In this document: positions 25,301-37,300 of the stretch, one piece after another
Numbering within the stretch: the first letter of the stretch is position 1
How the letters are laid out: every line of letters begins with the position of its first letter
Assembly: GCA_964036045.1 (NCBI GenBank)
Contig: OZ038378.1
Location: 183,644,001-183,708,000, forward strand
Length of the DNA stretch: 64,000 bases
DNA from: Eutreptiella sp. 'Long Island Sound 2002'
Lineage: Eukaryota > Protista > Euglenida
Direction of reading: 5' to 3'
The notes under the pieces: generated by a model
Seen by the model: the letters and a program-made list of their open reading frames with translations, nothing else
What the model was told of the DNA's origin: nothing
The model's database searches: none
Made by a program: the position numbers and the translations under genes

Positions 25301-28300
25301 AGGATTCCCTCCTCACAAGGCGAGGATGTAAGTACACCCGGAAATACTAATGGGCATACTCACGCAGCCTTTTTTGCCCCCCCCCCCCCCCATAGAACGG
25401 CACCTGTCAGCTGGAGCTTGCACCGCTAGGCAGTGCCCTGTCGCCTCTGAGATGGCGTGTCAACCTTGGGGCATCCCACGGGGAAGGAGTGTACAAACGC
25501 AAGCACAGGCCGTGGTGGCCTGCCCTCCCCTGTCCTTCCTCCCAACGAGCCGAACGGACCATCCCCTACTCTCAGGCACGACGGTCGGCGATCCGGCGGT
25601 GCGGCTGTCCCTCCCCTTCCACCCTGCACGTCAGTCGGCGATCCGGCGGTGCTACTGTCCCACCTCCTACTCCCGTGCACGTCAGTCGGCGATCCGACGG
25701 TGCCGCACCCCACCCAACCCCCTCCCCCCCTGTCCTGGCCCCGTACACGTGGAATGGGGCCTCCCGGCACGCGCAACACGCTTGTCAACGCACAGCCCCA
25801 CCCTCAGAACTAGACTCATAGCCGGCGGCACCCCTAAGTCACGCAAGAGACTCCCGCGGCCCAGTAGTGAGAGCGTAGGTCTTCGGTTGTCCAGTGCGGG
25901 GGTTCGATCCCGGGCGTTGGTGCTCCTGGGATCCCTGCACGTGGAGCTCTCTAGTTGGCGACGTGGGAACTACCCCCCCCTCCAGCAACTCGCACCACCA
26001 CCGATACCGGTGGATCGGGTGGAGGTCTCGTTCATTTTACCCCCCACCCTCGAAAAACAAAACACGTGGGAGCTACCCACCCCTGCAGCAGTGCGCACCG
26101 TCACTTGTACTCGAACAGGTCGATGGGAGGCCCCGTCCGGTATTCGAAGGGATCGGTGGGAGACCACCGATCCCAGGGTTCGAACCAGCTCCTTCGCGGC
26201 GCGCGCCAAGTGCGCTACCTCCAGGGCGGCTGCCTTCTGAGATACACTAACACCCGGGTCACAGGTCAAACGCGCCCGAAGCCCCCAGTGCTATGTGTCA
26301 GCCTGCCGTGGGAAAGCTCCGCTGGACCCTTGAACCGGAACGCCGGTGCACCACTCCAGCCACGGTCACCCCAACCCCCCCTCACTTCCCGCAGGACGAA
26401 GCTCCGTGCGCATCGGGCTCGTCATGGGAATCCGGCGGACCGCCGCCTGGACACCAAGTCGACACCTCTCACCTTCCCCATCCCTCTTGCTCGCAAACAC
26501 CATGCCACCGGCTGCAGCCGTTGTCCCCGATGTCTCAGCGGACGCGTTCCGCGCCCTTTCTCCAGCCGACCGTGTGGCGGCCATCACCCCCAAGGACAGC
26601 TTCCCTTGCACAGGGGCCGCCTGGAATCCCCTTGCGCGCGAGCTGCTGCTCACACTCCACCACCACCCCTCCGGGGTTCTCTGCGCGGGGTGCCCAGCAG
26701 ACGACGCCTTCTTGGGGTCCGTGTGCCTCATGTGGGCGGCTGCCACCGACTCGCTGGCACACCTCGACATGGAGTCACTGCGCAACCACGCAGGCCAAAC
26801 GTCGTGGCTGACCTACGGCATGGCCATCAACGCCCTGGTGGCCTTCCACGCCCAGGCCACGCCGGCCCACATGACCGACCTCCACTCCGAGGCCTCACTC
26901 TTTACCGCCCGCTACGGCGACCAGACCCTCCGCACGCTCAGCCAGGATGAGTTCCTGATGGTCCTGTCCGGCGAGCACGACCTGAAACCCCCGGTGATGC
27001 GCCTGCCGGTGATATACTGGTTGCTCAGCTGGGCGGCCAAGCAGGCTGGGTCCGCGCTTGCGTGCCCCGACCTCCTGCCCACGGACCCTCCAACGCCCTT
27101 GCCCACCAACAGCGTCCTCACGTCCGCCCAGTGGGTCAAGGAACTGAGAGCTCATGGCCCCGATGGGGATGGCAAGCTGTGCCACCCGGGCCTCCTCATG
27201 CGGCTGTACGCCTCCAAGGAGCGCTGGCGCAAAGAAACGGCCGACGACACGTCGGATGACCCGTGGCTCCTACAACTACGGGCACTATCTTCCGCGGACT
27301 CTGCGGATTTCCTCACCCGACTGGACTCCCTCGCCTCCGTGCCCGAGAACAAGGCCGAGGAGCATGCCCAGCCACTGCTGACACTAGCGCGGGCACACCA
27401 ACTGGGCTCCAAGGCATACGGCAACATCAACGGGGTACGGACCACGGCGGCACTGGTGGGTGTGGCCAAGTCCCTGTGGCTGACCTGCCCCGCGTACCGC
27501 CAGCCAATGTTGCGGGCAGACCTGGCCCGCTACGTCGAGGTCGTAGAAGAGCGGTACGAGAACAACAACCTGCAGGACCTCAAGACCAAATCCTTGGAGG
27601 AGATAGTCCGGCTGATCGAGCAGCCTGGCTCCCAATCCCTACCGTATGGGGACGTAGCCCGCAGACTGGCTATGCACGACGCGGTATCAGACCGGGCCTC
27701 CCAGAGCCTCCTAGTGGTCTCTACGGAGGACACGTTCCGCCAGGCCCTGGTACAGACGTTCAGGGGCATAGAGACCAAGGCGGGGGTGACGCAGATCACG
27801 CAGACCCTCAAGAAGGAGCTCACCAGCAGGGCCTCAGACGCGGCCTTCGACTGGGTGCTTCGCCGCGGCTCCACTCCGGCCAGCCCGGGCCCCGCCTCGT
27901 CACCCCAGGCCTCCAGGATGCCCAACTTCCCGCAACCACCGCTACCCCTGCAGACGCGTCCCGCCCCCACCCCCCCGGGCCGACGCCTCATCATGCTCCG
28001 GGACCTGGAGTCCATCAGGGACACACACCTGATGGCGGCCAGTGTGCAGCTCACCCATCTCCTCCTCACTCCCATCACCCTGACGCCCCAGATGATCCGC
28101 CGCCGTGTCGGCATCGCCACGGTGGACGAGTCCGTATGGGCCTCCCTCTTCACCTCCAGTGCGGACCGCACGTACCTAGACACCAGCACAGTGCCGCCCC
28201 AGTGGTCGGTCACCATGGCCAGCACGCGGCGTGATGGCTCCCCAATCGAGAGGTCCGGCGACGTCTGCGACGCCTCGGCGCCCGCCGTCACCCCTACCTA

Positions 28301-31300
28301 GACCGCTCCCAGGGACGGGCCCAAGAAGGACGCCAAACGCCCCCGCCTAGGGGACCACCAGGGGACGCACCGGGCACGCCCCCCCCCCCGTGGGACCCCT
28401 CAAGCGCAGCGGTGGTGGTCTCGCGGCCGGGCCAATGGCAGCCTCAGCTCCCTGCCCCGTGGCCACTGCCCGCTCCCCCGCCAGCCCCAGGTGGAGCCCG
28501 CGGCGCGGACACGGCCCCCTTCGATGGCACCGTGCGCCGCTGACTGCACCTCCCCCGTATTCTCCCGCGCAGCGCGTGTGGAGTGCAAAGAGGGCGCCGC
28601 AGGCCCAGCAAGCCACCCATAGTCCTGTCTGAGACGGGCGCTCTGTCTGTTCTAGAGGGAGGAAGGGCAGGAAAGCGTGTATCTGGCTGGAGATGTGGTC
28701 AACTGCATGACGGAGGGTGTGGGTCTCAGCGATGGACTGGGCCACGCGGAGGAGAGGGGCGGAGGGGCCAACCCCCCCAATGCCCACACTGCTCCACCCG
28801 GGGTGGCCTGGCCCTCCTATGCCCCCCCCCCCCCCCCCCCCCCTTGCACCCTCCCCCGAAGCCCAGCTCCGGGTTCAGGCGCGCGCGCAACTTCCTCCTG
28901 CGGTCTGGCGGCCGCTTCTGTTATTCCCCACCTCCTTATGGCACATGGTTGCCTCCAGCACCATCCATTGGCCGTCTGGCACACGCGAGCACATGCTCCG
29001 CCACCACGATGTTGCACTCGTGACCCCCCCTTTCTTCAACCCCCAGGGTGACATGCTATGGTTCTGGGACACGGTACGTCGGCTACCGCCGGCACCTACC
29101 GGCATTCTCTGCTACACGCGCCGGGGACATGAGTGGTTCCTGGATTGCAACCTCCCCCCCCCTGTCGTGTTCGTCATGGCCCCCCACTGCCCCCTATGCG
29201 GGCGACCAGAGCGCCCGGCAGCAGTCGTCCATGGCCCCTCTGGCCACTCCCACTACCCTGGGTTCTTCTGCACCTCTCCCCGACCCCTCAGTGCCACCTG
29301 CCGTACGGAACTGGCGGACCGGTCCTCATCCGATGTGACCGGGATCGTGGTCCCGAACACGATCCCGGTCTCCCTCACCACCGGTGAGCGTAGCTGCTTC
29401 TCGTCGGCAGTGGTCCCAGTTACCCCCCCTCCCCACACGGCGGTTGCACGTTGGTTCCTTGACCCGCCCACCCCACCACCTGTCCCCACCATCTTGTTTT
29501 GCAACAACCTCGGTGGTGTAGAAACCAAAACCGAGGACCTTGAGAACCACCTCCTGTCAATGGACATCGGCTACGGCCTATATCAGGAGACCTGGTCGGA
29601 ACGCAGCCTACACCACAGCATCCCTAGGCGTTATGGCTATGTCATCAGCCGCACGCAAGGGGCGGGTACAGGATTCCTGATACTTTGGGCTTGGGCTTTG
29701 GTTAAGGGACCCTCCACCCCCCACGTAGCCATGGACTGCACTGACTGGTTTGCAGTGGTGATTGAGACCACCCGGTATGGTGCTCTCCTCCTGATCTCCA
29801 TACACCTCCGGCCCCACTACAGCTTCGCTGAGAAGAAAGGCGTGCTCCAGGCGATTAAGCAGCTCATCGCCCTGTTGCGCCCCCAGGCCACCATCATGGG
29901 TGGAGATTTCAATTGTGAGGCGTTCGGAGACACCTCCCCGCTGTACTACGCGCTGCGCAGCGCGACACTTTTTCGAGATTTTCACTTGGCACACCCCCCG
30001 GGCACCTTCACCAACTGGACAGTGGTCGATGGGGTGCAACGATGCACAGGCATTGACCACATCCTCACCTTGCCAAACGTTCCCCCCCTCCACTCCACCC
30101 TCCTCCCCTCTCACAGCACCCACATGGGCCTGGTAACCACCATCGACACTCATGATCCAGCCGCACAACCGTTCCACTGGAAGCGCTTCAAATGGCGCTT
30201 ACTAGAACCTGCCCGCGCCACACAGCTCTCGGGCCTGATAGACGCGGTGTGGGCCTGGGTCACCCTTTACCCCGCCCCCCCGGACCGTTATGTCCGCGCT
30301 ATGTGGCACTATGCGTCATCCATCGTGCCCAGACCCCCCTCGGCAGCCACAGTCATGAAACGCCTGCGCGCCCTGACCCCCCCCCTATCCCAGACTCGCC
30401 TACAGGAGCTGTCCCGAGTGCTTCGCGAAACGGTCGCGGAGCGAGGGCGCGAGCGCCTAGCGGTCACCTTAGCCAAGGTGGTCGTCACCGGCACCACCCG
30501 CAGCGCCTTGCATCTGCCTGCTCAACCCCTCAAACCCCTATCTCGCATAGCCCCCAACCCTCGCACCACCCTCTCCACCCCAGACGCCCTCAAGGCAGAG
30601 ATTGACACCCAGGCTGCAATGAACGTCCAGCACCGCCATCTGGTGCTGGACGATCACTGGCTCCATGCGCACACCGACCCACAGTGTTGGGAACCGTTTT
30701 TCAACCCGGTCCTTGACCTGCCGGTACGGGTATTACTGCAGTTCCTCCGGCTGGGGCTCCGGCCTCAAGTCCCTGGGGACAGGACAGCCTACTGCAACCG
30801 TCTCTCGTCTGACCCCGTGCTTTCAGATCACCTCATGCAACCCTCCATATCCCGCCCTGGCTCCTGGGCCACGGCTGTGGACAACATCCCTCGTCGGCTC
30901 CTCCAGCCGGGGGGGTTCGGCCTCAGTGCGGGCGTACTAGCCTCGCGCAGGCAAGCCTGGCTCGGCATCCCCTCCCTCTCCACCATGCCAGTGCAGTATG
31001 GCATCTACAAGGGCAAAACCCCCAACGATAAAAAGAAACCCCCCAATCTGATGACGTCCTACCGGCCGGTAGTGGCCGAAAGCCCGGTCACAGGCGCCGA
31101 GGCGCACGCGGCCAAGTCCAAATTGGACCGCACGCTTGAAGCATCCGCTTTGTACCCCCCCGACTATTTCGCGTACCGGGATGAACTAAGAGCGGCCGAA
31201 TTAGCACTAGTCAGTCGCGCCGCCTGCACCTCCTCCTTGGAGGTGTACGAGTCCGTGGCACGCTGTGGGTGGGATGAGTCCGACGCATACCTGCGGAAGC

Positions 31301-34300
31301 AGCGTGACCATGTGCAGCACCTGTGCTCCAGGCTCAGCCCAGCGTGGAACTACGGGGAATGGGCAGCGGGATTCTACTCCCAGCTCTGCATCAGGGTGGT
31401 GTCGGCAGACGGCCTCACGCCGGGCTACACCCCCGAGGAGGGATACTCCCAAGGCAACCCCTTCTCAGCCAACGGGTATCAAGGCGCGTCCGTCCTCGCC
31501 TCCTCTTCCCTCCCCTTCCCGAAGCACATACGCATCCCCCCCTGGCCATCCCCCACAGCCCTGCCTATCAATAGAGTTTGCTACAGCGATGACCGCGCCT
31601 TCTTTGAACCCACCATAGCGCGGGTATCCGTCATTGCGGGAGAGTGTGTACGCGCGACGCTCCACACCAACGGGGTGCCCAACATGGACAAGTTGGAGTT
31701 TAGCTACCACACACTCGATGCCGTGGGCCTCCCACAACCGGCTATAGTGGAAGTGCCCAGTTTCAAAACACGCACCCTCCCTGCCCCACCCCTCATCGTT
31801 GGCATACCCATATTCCACACCCTCAAACCTGCGGACAAGCTCAGCGACCTGCTGCGCACGTTCCGGTCAGTGTATCACTCCACCCGTGACAAACCCATGT
31901 CCCCCCTGTTGATGGTGCGGTCCTTTGTAGCGTTTGCCCTGTCCCGCTGGGACTTTGTGTTTTCTGGCGTGCTAGCCCCTCCGGACTGGCACCATGACCT
32001 GCAGGTATACGCCCACAAGGCGTACCGGGCGGCCTTCGCCCTCCCACCGTGGACGTGCAACGCGTTCCTGCATCTCCCGCTGCACGCTGGCGGCGTCGGA
32101 TGCCCCTCCCTCCCCCTACGCAACCTCAGCCTTCTGGCGATGACCTACCTGCATGCGTCGGTCAGCCGCAACCCCCTGTCACGTGTGTCGGCGGTATACC
32201 TCCTGGACACTGTGGCCCCTTTTTCGGAGGGCATGGCCTTACGCACGGCCCTGGCCACCTTGCGCACGCGCGTCCACACCCACCCTTTCCCCCACCTACG
32301 TGACATGCACGTGCACGCGCACGTTGCCTTCGACCACCCCTTGCCTGACGTCCTGTGGGTTGTGACGGACGGTGCCCTAGCTGGGCATCGAGTTGGCGGT
32401 GGAATTGTCTTCTACAGCCCCCTGCTCGGAGTCCTCCGGTCGTACAGTTTTGGCATATCAGTGGTCGTTGCCACGTCCGCAGATGCGGAATGGCTGGCCA
32501 AGCTGGTCGCCCGATCCCTTCTCAAGGGCTGGGACGGCCAAGCCAGCTTCCTTGCGGATGCCACCGCATCCATGCACTGCGGATACACCAAGCCCCCCCC
32601 CCCCTGCCTCCATCCTCAACCACCTCTTCAGACAGTTGGTCTCCGCCTCGGTGGGGGCCCAGGAGTTTTGGGTGCGAGCGCAACATGACACAGGTCACAC
32701 ACACACACGGTGGCGATGCTCCAGCGGGAAGCTCACCTGCTGGCCGCGCATGGCGCCTCCCGAGCACTACCCTTCACTGCCCCACTCCTTCCTCTATTAC
32801 GCGGGGCCGCGCTAGCCACCAGCGAAGGGCGACTCCTCCTCAATGCTCCACACAGTGTAGCTCGCCTGCACGACCAGACCCTCATCCGAGAAGCGGCGCC
32901 CTTAGCAGTGTGGGATACTGCTGTCTGGAACGCCACAGCGTTCTCGGCCCTCCTCCTGAACTCCACCCTCCCCAGGGCACCCCTAGTGCTCGCCTTACGC
33001 TTGCGGGCGCTACTGTTTCGCCCCCCCCCCACCTCCGTGCATTACTACACATGCGATTACTGCGACGCACACGTGGACCACCCCTGGTCCCACGTGGCCC
33101 GCTCCTGCCCAACGTTTCTCGTGCGCAGCCAGTGGGCATTTGTGCGCCTCCTCACCACAGTGCCCAAGATGGCGGGGTCATACCTGCCTGACGGCACGAC
33201 CGTCGTGCAACCCGCCAGCAACACCTCCATCACGGTGGCGCTTGAAACGGACCTACACACGCCATCCCCCCTCCCACCCCACAGGTGGACCGTCTTTTCC
33301 CCCTCTGGCCTAGTCAGGTCCGCACACCCCTCCTCAGCAGCTCAGGACGGCACAAGCGACCGTGTTCGTGTAGTCCTGGAGGCGATGGCTGACGGCTCCC
33401 CCTCACTCACGGACCTACTGATGGTCCTAGATACCCTGGAGTGGCCCACTCGGCCCAACTCAACCCTCAATCCGCATGTGTCGGAGCTCCGTGCCCATGT
33501 CCTACCACTGTCGGTGGCGTTCCTCGCCCGATGGACCACGTGCCACCTACAGCACTGGCGAATGCTGGCGGGGGGTCGACTGCCCATGCGAATGCCCCCC
33601 CCCCCCCCCCCACTGCGCAGTGGGCCCCTACAGTGACATTTCTGGTCCACCCCAATCTGCAAGACCCGTCCATTGCGCACCTTGTGCAGGTTCACCCAGG
33701 GCCCCTAGTAGTCCTCACCATTGCATCCGCCTTACAACCCTTGCTCCTCATGCTACCTGCACCCATGAACACTCTGGCCATCCGGCATCACGTGCTCCTG
33801 TGGGACGCGGCTGTGGTTCACACGCTACCGACTCAAGAACGCTTCCAGTAAAGAATCTCGACCCGCTTTCTGTACCTTGCATGTCCCGTGCCCCATGCCC
33901 CATGCACCTTGCCAGCACAAGCACGTCCGCACTAGGAGGTGTATACCCCGCTCTCGCACCGCATGGTTCGAGGGTGAGTGCGGTGCGCCTGAGCCTAACT
34001 TCCCCAAAGCGAGGCACTCCGTGGGCCCCTAAGGCCCTCTTCGGATCGGGAAGACAAGCCCAAAGCCCAAAGCCCATAGAACGGCACACTTACTCAGCTT
34101 TCATGGAACCCCCACCCCCGTACAGCTGGACAGCTTTGCAGCAGGTTCCCGCTCTGACAGTGTGTTTCACCGGTGCGTTTTGCAGGCACCAAGTTGCATC
34201 GAGCTTTCTTCCGATTTTGTTATGAAATTATGTGCCTTTCAGAGGTTGCCATCCGGTAGCTCTTGGCATGTGGAAAGTCTACCAAAGGTTCCACCTACAT

Positions 34301-37300
34301 CTTCGCTCAGCTCACCTTAGTTAGTCGCCACCCCCCCAAACCTGCGGTGTAATGCCTCGGGTTCAAACCCGCGACCTTGAGGCCTGTCGGGGAGTTTGAA
34401 GGCCGTGGCTCCCGGCGCCGCTGTATCCATTCTGCGGCGCTGTGGACGTCAGGGCATCCCGCAGGCCCGCCTTAAGGGCGGCCCTAACCGTCTCAGCCTG
34501 CGTTCTGTCGGTGGTGTGGGGCAGACGGTGCACTGGCGTCTGTCGTCAGGGAAGGACCTGAAACTGTTCCTGAACGCGCGGAAGCGGAAGAGGACGAAGG
34601 GCAGTACTGTAGAGCGGACCCACAACGAGTTCTTCGTCGGCGTCTTGACGTTTTTGCTCGGCCTTTGTTTAGGTACGGCCCGTGCCATCCGCTTTGTTCT
34701 TTGGTCACGATCTTGTCCCAACCAAGCCTTTGTTTTAGTGGCTTGGATACCCTCCCCCAGGGGGAGGGGGGGGGGTGCCTGCCTGCCTTTTTTGAAATTC
34801 TGGGTGCCCTCAGCGGAATCACCCTCCCCACCCCCCCCCCCGGGTGGGGGTAGGCCAAGAGTGGGCTGGGATTTTTTTGGGGAAAATATTTGTAACCAAA
34901 ATATTCATTTCGCCCCTGAGCAGTGGGTTGCTAGATCTGGTCCGTACCCTAGCGGCACTATGTTACATCTGCAACACAGAGGTCCTGGATTCGAATCCAG
35001 GGCGCTGGGGTACATCAGGCAACAGACTCAACAGGCTGGGCGAGGCTAAGATTTTATGGGGGAAAAGTTTCAAACTGAAATATCTATTCCACCCCTAAGC
35101 CGGATGTGTTAGAGGTGGACAAGGCGGTGAGTGGGTGCCTGCCTCCTTGACTGGACCCCCCCCCCCTTGGGTAGGGGTAGGACAAAAGCAGTGCCTGCCC
35201 TGAAAAAGTGCCTGCCTCCTCCAAGATTTCTCCCCCCCCCTCCCCCCGTATCACAAAAAAGGCTTGGTCCCAACCGAAGCTCGACGCCTCGCGCCCGACG
35301 CCTTAACCGACGCTCCGCCGCGCCGGCGTTCGCACGCGGTGGCACTCCACACCACCGACCCCTGCATTGTTCTGCGGAACGGACTCTGCAGGGACTTTCC
35401 GCGGAACGAACGGATGCGGTCCCCGGCTGCGGAACTCCTGGTTGACTGGCGGAGGCCCTTGGGGAGGCTCCTTCAGGCCCCCGTCGTCCTCACACCCTGT
35501 GAACCGTCGGGTCAGCCACCCACGGGGGGCGCCCAGGCTCAGACCCCAACACCAACCCCCCCCCACCCCCCACCCCCGGGGGGTCCAAAACGTTGCGGAG
35601 GTCCGGAGCAGATTTGGCCCAAACTTGGCGCCAAAGGCGCCGGAAAATTTTTGTGTGCAGGCGGTGGGGGGTAAATTTTCGTTTTTACGCCATTTCTGTG
35701 GACTCAAAATGCTCTGAATTTTACGGGGAATCCAAATTCGTATGCAAAGCATGAAATTCTTTCAGACCCCTGCCCTCCCCCATGCAGCCCCCCAAACCTG
35801 CTGCTGGGACCGGACCCCCCCCAGAGGGTAATTTTGTTTTTCAAGAGCCCCACAGATGTGTGTGTTCAAGATGACCAGTGCGACGCCGGGATCATTTTGA
35901 GGTATGGATGTCGGGGTACCCGGGACCCCAGCCTGGCGACCCCCCGGACCCCCCAAGGACCCCTCCAACCCCAGGGCCCAGAAGGTTAGAGGGGGTTGTT
36001 GGTGTCAGGTCTGAGCCGGAGTGCCCCCCATGCAACCACCACCTGCCGTCGATGGGCAGCCAGTCTCTTCAGGACCCCCCCCCCCCTCTGTTGTTGATCC
36101 CTCCCAACCCGGTCTCCAGTCCCATGCACACGGGGAGTCTGCGTCCCCTCGTTGTGCTGGTGCCACGAATCCCGTTTGCGCTTGGGCTGTGGTTGGTCTT
36201 TGGTCGTCTCGCTCACTCGCGCAAGGGGGTCCCAGTCCATGAGGCCCTTCTGAAGGCCTTCGGATGGTCCGCCTGTGCCATGGATCACATGGATCGCATC
36301 GCTGCGCCTGCAGCTGGTGCTGACAGTCTGATCACCGCAGTGTTGCATCGCCCCTCCCTTGTCGCACCGCAGTGGCCGGGACTTGCGCTACCATATGGCA
36401 CCACACCCACAAAGAGGGGCAGTGGGCCCTGCACCTCACCGAACACTCGGACCTGTACATCTTCTTCTGGAGCTTCACGGAGTACCTTGTGGAGCTCAGT
36501 GCACTGGTGCCGATCTCACTGGCGGTGTGCCTGGAGCTGGTCAAGTTTGGGCATGCCTACTTCATCCATAACGATCTTAAGATGTGCTCCATAGAACACG
36601 GTGCAGCCTGTGCCCTGCCACATCCCCCGCCAGCCCTGCCCCCTGCCCCCTGCCTCCTGCCTCGCCCTGCAACCCAACCCCTCCGACAGGACCTTTGCTT
36701 GGCTTTCTGCTCTCCTGCCCCTGTCTGCTTCCGCCCTTCTGCTACGGTGGTGTCTCACGCCCATGTCCCGTTACCCCTTTTGGCAATATTTTTGACCCCT
36801 GCGTGCTGCACCCATGGAGGCGAGTGTTGCTTGTACATTTGCGCGCCCCCGTGTTTGACTTGTGGCAGGAATTCGGCCCAAATTGGTTTTTGTGTGTTGG
36901 CTGTGCATCCCAATCCCTTCGGTGCTACGATGCTTGTCTGGAACACACACCCATGAAACAATTGTTGCTGACAAAATTGTATTCCTCCCGGGACAAGTTG
37001 TCATTGGCAGCTTATTTGCATGATTCAAGGACCGCATGGTGACATGGTGGTGATGGCATGTACCTGCTTATTGACTGATCGAGATCAGGCATCACTTGCA
37101 TCCGCCCCCCCCCCCCCGCACACACACACACGGACACACACACACACACACACACAGGTGTTTTGTTTGGTGCCTGCCAGCTGGTGACACTGCATACCCA
37201 ACCGAAAGCCAAACAGGCACGTACATCGGTAACCTCAACTACACGGGCGGCCCCTGGGCTGGTGAACCCCCTGCCTGGCACGACCTCACGGGTCACACAA

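Larger units (their letters stand above)
25404..34072 (+). mobile_element. LINE-A: full-length non-LTR retrotransposon (ORF1 + APE-RT-RNase H-CCHC ORF2) in ATPase intron 4
   Basis: Flanked by the direct repeat CCCATAGAACGGCAC (25389-25403 and 34073-34087); 3' tail (A)AAGCCC x3 (34056-34075); two long ORFs with the domain order of RNase H-containing LINEs. Confidence 0.9.

Noticed and set aside
25857-25915. Possible tRNA gene in the LINE-A 5' UTR
   Set aside because: Only a B-box/T-arm is present; no consistent acceptor, D or anticodon stems.
35264-35674. Protein-like 136-aa ORF in intron 5
   Set aside because: Not needed by the ATPase model (exons 5 and 6 join in phase) and no motif recognised.
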